Shown: one piece after another, positions 19,921 to 29,153 of the stretch | Layout: the number at the start of each line of letters is the position of its first letter | Position numbering within the stretch: the first letter of the stretch is position 1 | Assembly (NCBI RefSeq): GCF_051097895.1 | Contig: NZ_CP142525.1 | Coordinates: 1,020,001 to 1,052,000 of the forward strand | DNA: 32,000 nucleotides | DNA from: Psychrobacter sp. HD31 | Lineage (GTDB): Bacteria > Pseudomonadota > Gammaproteobacteria > Pseudomonadales > Moraxellaceae | Direction: 5' to 3' | Translations under genes and position numbers: made by a program | The notes under the pieces: model-generated | Database searches by the model: none | Told to the model about the DNA's origin: nothing | Seen by the model: the letters and a program-made list of their open reading frames with translations, nothing else

Positions 19921-22602
19921 ATGAATCATGTGTATCGCGTTGTTTTTAATCGTTCATTAGGTGTTTGGCAATGTGTTAGTGAGTTGGCAAAATCGAATGG
20001 AAAATCTAAGAGTCAAAAGTCTACGATACTAAAACCATTGGCATTTTCTTTAGCTGGGTCATTGGCATTGATTTCAGGTTCAGCAATGGCGGTAGAGGAT
20101 AATACTTTGCATGAAGTCGATGGGAAAACCATTATCGGTTTAAACGAAAATGATACCGCTAATGTTACTTTTGATTCAGGGCGTAATTCATACGGAGACT
20201 TCATTATCGGAAAAGCGGCTGGTAGTAATGCAACCCTTACCATTGCTGGTCAAGACACTTTCTTTAATGCTGACAATTTAACTATCGGTGATGAGGGCAC
20301 TGGTACAATCAAGCTATCAAACCGACCAAACTCTATCGGACATATATATACTAAAGATATAACGTATCTTGGTCTTAAAGAGACTGGCGTGGGCACCTTA
20401 GACCTTAATAATAATAGCATAAGCACATCGTACTTAGTTGTTGGTGGAGAAGGTTCAGGCATTTTAACAACAACAAGTACAGAAGATGGAAGTACCATCT
20501 TAAAGATAGGAGGAATTACTCGCTTTTCCGATTCAAAACAATCTGAAATCTATTTTAATGGTGGTGGTATTGAAATGGATGCTCCTGAAACTGATTTATT
20601 TGAGAATTTTACAGCAGATAATATAATTCAATTAAAAGAAGGTGGCGTTTATATTGACACTAATGATTATGAAACCTTTATTGATCCTAACGCCGTAATA
20701 ACAGGTACTTCAAAATTTGACTATAAAGAAACTTATCAAGGTGGCTTAGGTAAAACAGGTAATGCACCTCTTCATATGTCATCTGACACAATCCAATGGG
20801 ATGGTGATTTAGGAATCTCTGAAGGCAAGGTAATCATTGATGGCAACTATGCTATGAAAAATGATGATACATTGATTATTGGAATTTTAGATAATGACAA
20901 TGATGAAGAAAAAGAAAAATATGCCGATATTGACCCTGCTGATTTAGATGGACTTTACCCTGTTGAAGAAAATAATAAAATATACGAATACGGTAAACTC
21001 GTCGTAAATGGCACAGCCGATATTAGCAAAGGTGATTTATTGGTTGCCACTTTGGATGATTTAATCAAAAAAATTGATTCTGGTACTGTATTTAAAGATG
21101 TTATATCTGCTAATAATTTAATTGGCAAATTCAAAAAAATTGATGACACAAGTCCATTAGTAGATTTTCAGGCAGACTACAGCGATGCTAACAAAGTTCA
21201 CCTAAAAATGGTAGAAGAAGGCAATGTAGTTGAGCCAACGCCTGATCCAGAGCCAACGCCTGATCCAGAGCCAACGCCTGATCCAGAGCCAACGCCTGAT
21301 CCAGAGCCAACGCCTGATCCAGAGCCAACGCCTGATCCAGAGCCAACGCCTGATCCAGAGCCAACGCCTGATCCAGAGCCAACGCCTGATCCAGAGCCAA
21401 CGCCTGATCCAGAGCCAACGCCTGATCCAGAGCCAACGCCTGATCCAGAGCCAACGCCTGATCCAGCCGATGATAAAGCGTTTGTTAAAGCTGTCAAGCA
21501 AAATGATAAATTATTTGCCCTGCCAGTTGCAAAAGTGTTAGACGCATCAATTACAGACCGTGTTAACGGTAATAAAAATGCTTTGGCAAATGCCTTAATT
21601 AGCGATACACAAAATATGAGCAGTCGCGATCTTGCCGATGTTGCTCAACAAACCCTGCCATTACACATTGGCTCGGTTAATCGTATGCTTACCGACGTCA
21701 ATACCACTGCAGTTGATGCCATCTACGCACATCAGCTGTTTGCAGACCTTGATGGTATGGCAACAACAAACAAGCCTCAACGCCATTTATGGGCAGTTGC
21801 AACAGGTAAAGACAGCACACAAAACCACAACGACAGCCTAGGCTACAACATAGAAGACAGAGGCGTTGTGCTTGGTATTGATAATGCCTTTACTAACAAA
21901 CTACACTTAGGCGTTGCTTTTGCAGTCAATCAAAGTGACTCAAATACAGATGGTCATACCATCAATCATACTGCAGACATAACCACCGCCGAGATGATTG
22001 GCTATGGTAAATATGATGCCAGCGATGCTACCACAGCTCATTTCCATCTTGGTGCAGGTCAAGGTAATGTTAAAGGGACTCGTCATCTTAACTTTGCTGG
22101 TGTAAAAGCAGAGTCAGATTACAATGCAAGCATTGTCAGCGCAGGCGTAGGCATTAGTCACCGTATTGGGGATAACACACAAAGTATTACACCATTTGTA
22201 CGCACTGATTACAGCCGTGTCAATAGTGACGCATATCAAGAAACAAAAGGCGGTGCTTACAACCTAAACGTTGATAAACACACCTATGATTCATTTACAA
22301 CCACACTGGGTGCAAACTTTAAAAAATCTATTTCACCCAAGCTATCTGTAACAGGATTATTGGCTGGTGGTATACAAAGTGGCGATAACTATGCAGATAT
22401 TACAGCCAGATTTGTTGACATACCAAATACCTCATTTACCGTCCGTGAGCAAGAAATTGGAGAAGGATTTGGTCAAGCTGGATTAGGTTTAAGCTATCAA
22501 CCAACTGACACAATAGAAATCTCTGGTCAATATGCTGGTAAATGGCGCAATAATGGCTATGATGAACAAGGGTTTGCGCTTCTATTTAACAAGAAATTTT
22601 AA
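19921..22602 (+). CDS. Type Va (classical) autotransporter: ESPR leader + signal peptide, beta-helix-like passenger, (EPTPDP)13 stalk, C-terminal 12-strand-type barrel
   Basis: Start moved to the ATG at 19921 because GGGAG lies 5 nt upstream and the track ATG at 19909 overlaps that [26 protein letters not shown] is an extended signal peptide region, followed by [20 protein letters not shown]. The passenger has G-rich autotransporter-type beta-strand repeats. The C-terminal beta-domain has alternating amphipathic strands and ends ...[10 protein letters not shown]. Confidence 0.9.
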   Translation: MNHVYRVVFNRSLGVWQCVSELAKSNGKSKSQKSTILKPLAFSLAGSLALISGSAMAVEDNTLHEVDGKTIIGLNENDTANVTFDSGRNSYGDFIIGKAAGSNATLTIAGQDTFFNADNLTIGDEGTGTIKLSNRPNSIGHIYTKDITYLGLKETGVGTLDLNNNSISTSYLVVGGEGSGILTTTSTEDGSTILKIGGITRFSDSKQSEIYFNGGGIEMDAPETDLFENFTADNIIQLKEGGVYIDTNDYETFIDPNAVITGTSKFDYKETYQGGLGKTGNAPLHMSSDTIQWDGDLGISEGKVIIDGNYAMKNDDTLIIGILDNDNDEEKEKYADIDPADLDGLYPVEENNKIYEYGKLVVNGTADISKGDLLVATLDDLIKKIDSGTVFKDVISANNLIGKFKKIDDTSPLVDFQADYSDANKVHLKMVEEGNVVEPTPDPEPTPDPEPTPDPEPTPDPEPTPDPEPTPDPEPTPDPEPTPDPEPTPDPEPTPDPEPTPDPEPTPDPEPTPDPADDKAFVKAVKQNDKLFALPVAKVLDASITDRVNGNKNALANALISDTQNMSSRDLADVAQQTLPLHIGSVNRMLTDVNTTAVDAIYAHQLFADLDGMATTNKPQRHLWAVATGKDSTQNHNDSLGYNIEDRGVVLGIDNAFTNKLHLGVAFAVNQSDSNTDGHTINHTADITTAEMIGYGKYDASDATTAHFHLGAGQGNVKGTRHLNFAGVKAESDYNASIVSAGVGISHRIGDNTQSITPFVRTDYSRVNSDAYQETKGGAYNLNVDKHTYDSFTTTLGANFKKSISPKLSVTGLLAGGIQSGDNYADITARFVDIPNTSFTVREQEIGEGFGQAGLGLSYQPTDTIEISGQYAGKWRNNGYDEQGFALLFNKKF
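21232..21465 (+). repeat. Perfect tandem repeat, 13 x 18 bp (GAGCCAACGCCTGATCCA), in frame, encoding (EPTPDP)13
   Basis: Counted directly: units start at 21232, 21250 and so on to 21448, with no substitution in 234 bp. Confidence 0.98.
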
Positions 22603-22625
22603 TATACAATCATCACAATAAAAAT

Positions 22626-22652
22626 AAGACCTTGTTCATCGAGGTCTTTTTT
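22626..22652 (+). terminator. Intrinsic terminator of the autotransporter gene
   Basis: AAGACCT-TGTTCATCG-AGGTCTT followed by TTTT, 24 nt after the stop. Confidence 0.7.
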
Positions 22653-22771
22653 ATTTTATACTCTTTTATCTACCAAAGTTTTTAGGTATTATTATAAGTT
22701 TCCTTATTTTATTGTCTAATAAACTGATAATAAGATAAAAACAGATACACTCAACCAGTAGGAAACAACAT

Positions 22772-23311
22772 ATGAGTAACGCAGAACAACCAGCACCAAT
22801 CGCCTCTCCCGCAGGTCAAGCCAAAGTTGGTATCATTATGGGCTCTCAGTCAGACTGGGCAACCATGAACCTAGGCGTTCAACTGCTTGCAGATTTTGGT
22901 ATCCCTTTTGAATGCGAAGTTGTTTCTGCTCACCGCACTCCAGACAAACTTTTTGACTATGCTAAATCAGCAAAAGACAAAGGTTTACAAGTAATTATTG
23001 CAGGCGCTGGTGGTGCTGCTCACCTGCCAGGTATGTGTGCCAGTCAAACGCCACTACCTGTGCTTGGGGTGCCTGTTAAGTCATCAACTTTAAGCGGTTG
23101 GGATAGCCTACTGTCTATTGTACAAATGCCAAAAGGTATTGCTGTAGGCACATTGGCAATTGGGACATCCGGTGCATTCAATGCTGGTTTACTGGCCATA
23201 CAAATATTGGCTTTGCAAGATACAACCATTGCAAACAAACTTAATGATTTCCGCCAAAGCCAAACAGATACCATTCTTGCTAGCCCAACGCCTGGTATTG
23301 TTAACACTTAA
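22772..23311 (+). CDS. purE: N5-carboxyaminoimidazole ribonucleotide mutase (class I PurE)
   Basis: [11 protein letters not shown]...SAHRTPDKL...[10 protein letters not shown]...PVLGVP motifs. Followed by purK. SD AGGAA. Confidence 0.95.
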   Translation: MSNAEQPAPIASPAGQAKVGIIMGSQSDWATMNLGVQLLADFGIPFECEVVSAHRTPDKLFDYAKSAKDKGLQVIIAGAGGAAHLPGMCASQTPLPVLGVPVKSSTLSGWDSLLSIVQMPKGIAVGTLAIGTSGAFNAGLLAIQILALQDTTIANKLNDFRQSQTDTILASPTPGIVNT

Positions 23312-23402
23312 TTTAGTCACACAATAGGTTGGTTTTAACTCGCCTTATTAAACAAACGTATATTGGTGGTTTTACCCACCCTACGTTAAGTAGGAATAAC
23401 TT

Positions 23403-24602
23403 ATGACAACCGCAAACGCTAATCCATTAAACCAAACCATCCACACCATTGGTATTTTAGGGGGCGGACAACTTGGGATGATGCTTGCTGAAGCTGCCCT
23501 AAAACTTGGCTACCGTTGCATTTTTTTAGAAGATGCAGCAGATTGCCCAGCCGCACTTTACGGCACTGTTTATAACAGCAAACAACTTGATGAGTTTATT
23601 CACCAAGCAGATGTATTTACGTTAGAATTTGAAAACACACCCGTAAAAACAGTAAAAAAACTAGAAAAACTCAATCAAAAAGATGATGGAAAACACGGCA
23701 TGTACCCTTCTGCTTTTGCACTGGAGGTTGCACAAGATCGTCTTACAGAAAAGTCAATGTTTAATGAATTAAACATTGCTACCGTACCATTTTTAGCAGT
23801 TTCATCACAGGCAGACTTACAAAAAGCCAGTGAAGAATTGGGTTTACCATTAGTATTAAAAACCAGCCGTGGTGGCTATGATGGAAAAGGGCAATTTGTG
23901 GTTCGCACACCACAAGATATCGCCGTCGCATGGCGTGAGCTTGGCGGGGCTGTAACAGGCCGTGGTGATTTAACATCCACACCTGCACCGTTAATTGCTG
24001 AGGGCTTTATTAACTTTAGCCGCGAGGTGTCTATCATTGCTGCACGTGGTAAAGATGGCACTGTACGTGCTTATGATTTAGTAGAAAATCATCACCACAA
24101 CGGCATCCTTGCTAAAACACAAGCCCCCGCAGTGGGCACCAGCCATTTAAATAAAATGGCTCAAAATGCCATCAGCACATTAATGAACCATCTTAACTAT
24201 GTTGGTGTGTTGGCTTTAGAGCTATTTGTTTGTAAAGATGAAAACGGCAACGATACCATTTTAGCCAATGAAATTGCACCACGTGTACACAATTCTGGAC
24301 ATTGGAGCATTGAAGGCGCTGTTACAAGCCAGTTTGAAAACCACATACGTGCTGTGGTTGGTTTGCCACTAGGCGATACTGACAACGTCCACCCATCTAT
24401 CATGATTAACGTTTTAGGAGAGTATCCTAACCTAGCCGATGTATTAGCAATCGACGGTAGTCATTATCATACGTATCATAAAGAAGAACGTGAGAATCGT
24501 AAAATTGCTCACATTACGTTAATGCCAAATAATGTGACTAATCTAGAGTTATCTGTACAAGAATTAGTTAAAATTTTGCCTAACAAAGTTGGCTTAGGAT
24601 AA
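23403..24602 (+). CDS. purK: N5-carboxyaminoimidazole ribonucleotide synthase PurK (ATP-grasp)
   Basis: IGILGGGQLGMM N-terminus, ATP-grasp core (GLPLVLKTSRGGYDGKGQ, EIAPRVHNSGHW). 399 aa, with short lineage-specific insertions. Confidence 0.9.
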   Translation: MTTANANPLNQTIHTIGILGGGQLGMMLAEAALKLGYRCIFLEDAADCPAALYGTVYNSKQLDEFIHQADVFTLEFENTPVKTVKKLEKLNQKDDGKHGMYPSAFALEVAQDRLTEKSMFNELNIATVPFLAVSSQADLQKASEELGLPLVLKTSRGGYDGKGQFVVRTPQDIAVAWRELGGAVTGRGDLTSTPAPLIAEGFINFSREVSIIAARGKDGTVRAYDLVENHHHNGILAKTQAPAVGTSHLNKMAQNAISTLMNHLNYVGVLALELFVCKDENGNDTILANEIAPRVHNSGHWSIEGAVTSQFENHIRAVVGLPLGDTDNVHPSIMINVLGEYPNLADVLAIDGSHYHTYHKEERENRKIAHITLMPNNVTNLELSVQELVKILPNKVGLG

Positions 24603-24636
24603 TCCTAAACCAATCAACCGGTTTTAGTTACCCACA

Positions 24637-24672
24637 AGCCTCATGCTTCATACCTAGCATGAGGCTTTGGTT
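24637..24672 (+). terminator. Intrinsic terminator after purK
   Basis: AGCCTCATGCT-TCATACCT-AGCATGAGGCT (11-bp perfect stem) followed by a T-rich tract (TTGGTTATGTTTATT, no clean T-run). Confidence 0.65.
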
Positions 24673-24807
24673 ATGTTTATTGATAACAAATAAGTAAAAA
24701 TACCCAAAATTTTATAACACTGTTAAGGATAGCTTTTGCATAATCACTTACAAATGTGAGAAAATCAAACAAATACTTATTCTTAATCAACCAATTAACC
24801 TAATAAA

Positions 24808-25737
24808 ATGAAACAAATAAATCCAAGCCCTATCCTATCAAGCAATCAGTCACATCATTTACACCACACCTTTTATGAACCTGATGGAGACGCTAAAGCA
24901 ACCTTAATTATTGTCCATGGCATGTGTGAACACAGTGCCCGCTATGATGCCTTTGCAAACCATCTTGCTCAACAAGGCATTGCCGTTGTAACTTATGATC
25001 AATTGGGACACGGAAAAACAGCAAAAACAGAAAAAGAATTGGGCTTTTTTGATGCGAACCACCCTGTACAGGTATTACTTAAGGATGTGGTTATCATGGC
25101 GCAAACTCTTGAAAAACGTCACCCCAATGCATCTCATTTTATTATGGGGCATTCAATGGGATCGTTTATTGTCCGCAATCTCATCAAACATCATAGCACC
25201 TCATTTTCGGGTGTCATTTTAATGGGGACGGCAGACACAAACTTTTTAGCAAAACCACTTATTCCCATGTTTGCAAGCCTAAACAAGGTTGCTGCCAATA
25301 GCCCAAGTCAGTGGGCTGCTAATACCATGAATACACAGCTCAATATGCAGCTTAAAAAATCACAACGGGTAAGCAAATATGCTTGGTTATGTAAAAACAC
25401 CCAAAGCAGAGCGGCATATGAGTCTGATCCACTTTGCGGGTTCACTTTTACTAACAATGGTTTTTTAACTTTATTTTCATTAATGGATAGTGCACTAAAT
25501 AACAATTGGTACCATACCTTACCCAAAAATTATCCACTCATGTTAGTCAGCGGTAAAGATGATCCTGTTTCTCAAATGGGCAAAGGCATTAAAAAACTTG
25601 CCAAACGCTTATTAAAAGAAGGGATGACTCATGTTGAAACCAACTTATATCCAAATATGCGTCATGAACCGCTCAATGAAGATGAGCACATGCTTGTTTA
25701 TCAAGACATCGTTAACTGGATACTTTTAAACAGTTAA
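24808..25737 (+). CDS. Alpha/beta hydrolase, lysophospholipase/monoacylglycerol-lipase-like
   Basis: HGMCEHSARY oxyanion region, nucleophile elbow GHSMGS, C-terminal ...GKDDPV...RHE catalytic Asp/His context. No clear SD. Confidence 0.8.
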   Translation: MKQINPSPILSSNQSHHLHHTFYEPDGDAKATLIIVHGMCEHSARYDAFANHLAQQGIAVVTYDQLGHGKTAKTEKELGFFDANHPVQVLLKDVVIMAQTLEKRHPNASHFIMGHSMGSFIVRNLIKHHSTSFSGVILMGTADTNFLAKPLIPMFASLNKVAANSPSQWAANTMNTQLNMQLKKSQRVSKYAWLCKNTQSRAAYESDPLCGFTFTNNGFLTLFSLMDSALNNNWYHTLPKNYPLMLVSGKDDPVSQMGKGIKKLAKRLLKEGMTHVETNLYPNMRHEPLNEDEHMLVYQDIVNWILLNS

Positions 25738-25787
25738 TGTTTTAATAAACCCTTGCTCTTTTTGTCTTCTACTTAAATAAAGTAACA

Positions 25788-25821
25788 GAATATTAATGAT
25801 TAAAATTAATCATCAATATTC
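25788..25821. promoter_or_regulatory. 34-bp near-perfect palindrome between the hydrolase gene and dapD (operator or AT-rich hairpin)
   Basis: GAATATTAATGATTAA-AA-TTAATCATCAATATTC: 15 of 16 arm positions are complementary (checked base by base). Lies 51 bp after the hydrolase stop and 102 bp before the dapD ATG, with no flanking T-run. Function is unknown. Confidence 0.45.
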
Positions 25822-25922
25822 ACAATCTTTATTTGCTAAAATAACGTTTTTTAGCGACAATAACCACACTTATTTTTATCATCCTAGTATGTTAAAAGTT
25901 TTAAAACTTAAATGGAGTATTT

Positions 25923-26744
25923 ATGTCATTACAACAAACAATCGAACAAGCTTTTGAAAACCTTGCAGATTATAGTCCAAGCACCATGCCACAAGACGTG
26001 CGTGACGCTGTTTCTAGTGTTTTAGAACAACTAGACAATGGTAGCCTGCGTGTTGCCGAAAAAATCAATGGTGAATGGGTTGTAAACCAATGGGCTAAAA
26101 AAGCCGTGCTGTTATCATTTAGAATGAATGATAACAAACCTATGCCAGCGGGTGAGCATGTTCAGTTTTATGACAAAGTACCTACTAAATTTGCAAACTG
26201 GAGCGAAGAACAATTTGCCGAAGCAGGCGTACGCGTCGCACCACCAGCGGTTGCGCGCACTGGCTCATACCAAGCTAAAGGTGTGGTGTTAATGCCATCT
26301 TACGTTAATATTGGTGCTTATGTAGATGAAGGCACCATGGTTGACACTTGGGCAACTGTTGGCTCGTGCGCACAAATTGGTAAAAATGTTCACTTATCTG
26401 GCGGTGTTGGCATTGGTGGTGTATTAGAGCCACTTCAAGCAAATCCAACAATTATTGAAGATAACTGCTTTATTGGCGCTCGTTCTGAAATTGTTGAAGG
26501 CGTTATTGTAGAAGAAGGCTCTGTTATCTCTATGGGCGTTTACATTGGGCAATCTACCAAAATTTATGACCGTGAAACTGGTGAAGTCCATTATGGTCGT
26601 GTACCAGCAGGCTCTGTCGTTGTATCAGGCAGTTTGCCAAGCAAAGATGGCTCTCATAGCTTGTACTGTGCTGTGATTGTTAAAAAAGTAGATGCACAAA
26701 CTCGTGCTAAAACCAGCATCAACGAGCTGCTGCGTTTAGCATAA
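25923..26744 (+). CDS. dapD: 2,3,4,5-tetrahydropyridine-2,6-dicarboxylate N-succinyltransferase
   Basis: Near-colinear with E. coli DapD ([82 protein letters not shown]). SD GGAG. Confidence 0.95.
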   Translation: MSLQQTIEQAFENLADYSPSTMPQDVRDAVSSVLEQLDNGSLRVAEKINGEWVVNQWAKKAVLLSFRMNDNKPMPAGEHVQFYDKVPTKFANWSEEQFAEAGVRVAPPAVARTGSYQAKGVVLMPSYVNIGAYVDEGTMVDTWATVGSCAQIGKNVHLSGGVGIGGVLEPLQANPTIIEDNCFIGARSEIVEGVIVEEGSVISMGVYIGQSTKIYDRETGEVHYGRVPAGSVVVSGSLPSKDGSHSLYCAVIVKKVDAQTRAKTSINELLRLA

Positions 26745-26786
26745 ACACGCATTGATATACAGATTATTTTAATCTGTAGTAAAATG

Positions 26787-26818
26787 GCTGGGCAAAACTG
26801 TCCAGCTGTTTTTTTTAA
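26787..26818 (+). terminator. Probable intrinsic terminator after dapD
   Basis: GCTGG-GCAAAACTGT-CCAGC followed by TGTTTTTTTT. The stem is short (5 bp) but the T8 run is strong. Confidence 0.45.
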
Positions 26819-26848
26819 CATCTAAAAAAGGTTAAATATAAAAGCTAA

Positions 26849-27598
26849 ATGACTCAGCTTAACTTAAATTCACACATACCTCTCTCGCCTATGGTTGACC
26901 GTCAGGAAACACTGCGTTTAACCGAAATTTTTTATTCCTTACAGGGTGAGGCTTTAGCAAGCGGTCAGCCAACCATTTTTATACGCTTAACTGGTTGCCC
27001 TTTACGCTGTGTTTATTGTGATACCACTTACTCATTTAAGGGTGGTGAACGCTTTAGTTTGCAACAAATACTGCAGCACATTAAGCAGTATCCTTGTAAA
27101 CGTGTTTGTGTTACTGGCGGTGAGCCAATGGCGCAAAAAAATGTTATCTCCTTAATGCAGCTATTGCTTGATAATGGTTATGAGATATCACTAGAAACCG
27201 CGGGGGCTTTATCGCTTGCGGATGTGCCTAAAACTGTTTCTAAAGTAATGGATTTAAAAACACCCAGCTCTGGAGAAATAGCAAAAAACCACTGGCAAAA
27301 TCTAGATTATTTAACCAAACACGACCAAATAAAGTTTGTCATTTGTGATTTAGATGACTATAAATGGGCAAAAGACAAAGTACTTGAGCATGACTTAACC
27401 AAAAAGGTGACTGCTGTTTGGTTTTCTCCCATGTTTAATATTGATGACAATCAAGTTGAGAGTCATGATAACCAGACACCTAGCACAATCCCTAATCTTG
27501 CAACCAATCTAGCGGATTGGATTTTAGCAGATGGCCTTGATGTCCGCTTACAATTACAACTACATAAAATAATTTGGGCAGATGCCAAAGGTAAATAA
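26849..27598 (+). CDS. queE: 7-carboxy-7-deazaguanine synthase QueE (radical SAM)
   Basis: EIFYSLQGEALASGQPTIFIRLTGCPLRCVYCDT matches the QueE N-terminal signature and CxxxCxxC cluster. VTGGEP SAM motif. Confidence 0.9.
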   Translation: MTQLNLNSHIPLSPMVDRQETLRLTEIFYSLQGEALASGQPTIFIRLTGCPLRCVYCDTTYSFKGGERFSLQQILQHIKQYPCKRVCVTGGEPMAQKNVISLMQLLLDNGYEISLETAGALSLADVPKTVSKVMDLKTPSSGEIAKNHWQNLDYLTKHDQIKFVICDLDDYKWAKDKVLEHDLTKKVTAVWFSPMFNIDDNQVESHDNQTPSTIPNLATNLADWILADGLDVRLQLQLHKIIWADAKGK

Positions 27599-27603
27599 CC
27601 CCC

Positions 27604-28239
27604 ATGCAATACTTTTTTATCGCACCAGATACCATTTTATACCTGTTAGACATGATTGGGGTTGTTGCCTGTGCTGCAGCAGCCACCTTACTTGCCCAGC
27701 ATAAAGGGTTTGATATTTTTGGATGTATTTTGGTATCTATGGTAAATGGCTTTGGCGGTGGTACAGTACGAGACTTACTGCTAGATAGACACCCTATGTT
27801 TTGGATGACCGACTTAAACTATGTTATTGTAATTACCGCCACTTCTTTGATTTTACAAATGTTTTTTCATATTTATCATAAAATTGATAAAGCAGTAAAA
27901 TTATTTGATGCTATTGGGCTTGCTACTTTTAGTGTCATTGGCTTTAAAGTTGCACTGGCACAGGGGGCATTGCCACTCATTGCTGTATTAATGGGCATTT
28001 GCACGGCTATTGTTGGCGGTATGACTCGTGATATTATTTGTAATGAGATACCTTTGGTACTACAAAAAGAAATTTATATCACCGCCAGTATTCTTGGATC
28101 TTGTGTTTATCTTGTGCTAGATTGGTTAGGCGTGAATACAGGCTTTAATGATTTTATTATGCTCAGTGTCATTTTTATCATTCGTATGCTTGCAGTAACT
28201 TTTGATTGGCATTTACCTTCTATTCGCTTAGTTAGATAA
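27604..28239 (+). CDS. UPF0126/TRIC-family integral membrane protein (YadS/YicG-like; Pfam glycine-transporter-type domain pair)
   Basis: Seven predicted TM helices with duplicated G-rich motifs (NGFGGGTVRDLL and VGGMTRDII). Starts 5 nt after the queE stop. Confidence 0.8.
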   Translation: MQYFFIAPDTILYLLDMIGVVACAAAATLLAQHKGFDIFGCILVSMVNGFGGGTVRDLLLDRHPMFWMTDLNYVIVITATSLILQMFFHIYHKIDKAVKLFDAIGLATFSVIGFKVALAQGALPLIAVLMGICTAIVGGMTRDIICNEIPLVLQKEIYITASILGSCVYLVLDWLGVNTGFNDFIMLSVIFIIRMLAVTFDWHLPSIRLVR

Positions 28240-28323
28240 AACTCATTAAATATTTTTTATAAAACTAATAGTCATAGGCTAACCTAATTTTAACTTAAAC
28301 ATAACATATTAACGACCATTATC

Positions 28324-29118
28324 ATGAATTTAACTCCTATTGCTTCGGGCAAAAACCCAACAATCAAACTTATCAGGGCCTTACTCAGCAGCAATAGGCA
28401 ACGCAATAAGCATGGCAAAACCGTAATAGAAGGCACACATTTGCTAGACTCAGCAATTGCCATTAACTATCCCATTGAACAAGTCTTCTTATCTCAATCA
28501 GCAATGCAAAGCAATGAGGTAACCTCTTTGTTAGAGAGACTTGAAAATAGCAACACGCAAATCAACATCCAAGTTGTTAACGATAAACTGTATCAAGATA
28601 TCCGCACACTAGGTACAGGGATAGACATCATGGCAGTCTTGCCAATTAAGCAAAAAAGTCTGGACACCATCAATACGGATTGCCTCATTTTAAATGATGT
28701 ACAAGATAGCGGAAATGTCGGCACCCTATTACGCACTGCTGCCGCAATTGGCATACAGCACATTATTTGTACAGCAGGGACAGCGGGCGTATGGTCACCA
28801 AAAACACTACGTGCTGGTATGGGTGCGCAGTTTAGTCTAGCTATTTATGAAAATATAGAAATTGATCAAATTGTGTTGCACGTTAACGCCCAAATGATGG
28901 CAACCAGCTCACACACTAACAAGCTTATTTACTCACAAGACTTGTCTAATCCAGTTGCTTGGATAATGGGGCATGAAGGACAAGGTGTTTGTCCTGAATT
29001 GTTAAAATTGGCGACCCCAATTGCTCTACCCCAGCCTAATGGGCAAGAAAGCTTGAATGTGGCAGTTGCTGGTAGCTTGTGCATGTACGAAACACTAAGA
29101 CAAAGAAGCTATAGCTAA
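28324..29118 (+). CDS. TrmH/SpoU-family RNA 2'-O-ribose methyltransferase
   Basis: SPOUT motifs DSGNVGTLLRTAAAIG, IMGHEGQGV and ESLNVAVAGSLCMYE, with an N-terminal substrate-binding-like segment. The RNA target cannot be assigned. Confidence 0.8.
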   Translation: MNLTPIASGKNPTIKLIRALLSSNRQRNKHGKTVIEGTHLLDSAIAINYPIEQVFLSQSAMQSNEVTSLLERLENSNTQINIQVVNDKLYQDIRTLGTGIDIMAVLPIKQKSLDTINTDCLILNDVQDSGNVGTLLRTAAAIGIQHIICTAGTAGVWSPKTLRAGMGAQFSLAIYENIEIDQIVLHVNAQMMATSSHTNKLIYSQDLSNPVAWIMGHEGQGVCPELLKLATPIALPQPNGQESLNVAVAGSLCMYETLRQRSYS

Positions 29119-29153
29119 ATCTTAAAGGATATGATTTAGCTATTACCTTTTTT
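29113..29153 (+). terminator. Possible terminator overlapping the methyltransferase stop
   Basis: AGCTAAATC-(11 nt)-GATTTAGCT (9-bp perfect stem), then ATTACC and TTTTTT. The 6-nt gap before the T-run weakens the call. Confidence 0.4.

Noticed and set aside
21232-21465. A regular short-repeat array that could look like a CRISPR locus.
   Set aside because: The units are directly adjacent with no spacers, are 18 bp long, lie in frame inside a CDS, and no cas genes are present.
21188-21541. Four ORFs in the track (21188..21454 -, 21198..21497 -, 21202..21501 -, 21230..21541 +) with striking repetitive proteins (ALDQAL..., GSGVGS..., RRWLWI..., SQRLIQ...).
   Set aside because: All of them are alternative-frame readings of the 13 x 18-bp tandem repeat inside the autotransporter gene. 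A stop-free repeat unit opens every frame. They have no independent start context or RBS.
4996-22648. Two terminators (4992-5021 and 22626-22652) use the same stem AAGACCT/AGGTCTT, which recalls DNA-uptake sequences embedded in terminators of naturally competent bacteria.
   Set aside because: There are only two inverted pairs in 32 kb, the other terminators use different stems, and I see no enrichment of the 7-mer elsewhere in the window. A genome-wide k-mer count would be needed.
26787-26848. Possible preQ1-I riboswitch in front of queE: a 5-bp stem with a 10-nt loop followed by an A-rich tract ending in AAGG, superficially like the Thermoanaerobacter preQ1 aptamer.
   Set aside because: The A-rich tract is separated from the stem by a U8 run. 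The conserved loop positions (U after the P1 5' arm, ligand-pairing C before the P1 3' arm) are not matched. AAGG is about 20 nt from the ATG, too far to serve as the SD. A dapD terminator explains the hairpin better. A covariance-model scan (Rfam PreQ1 families) would settle it.
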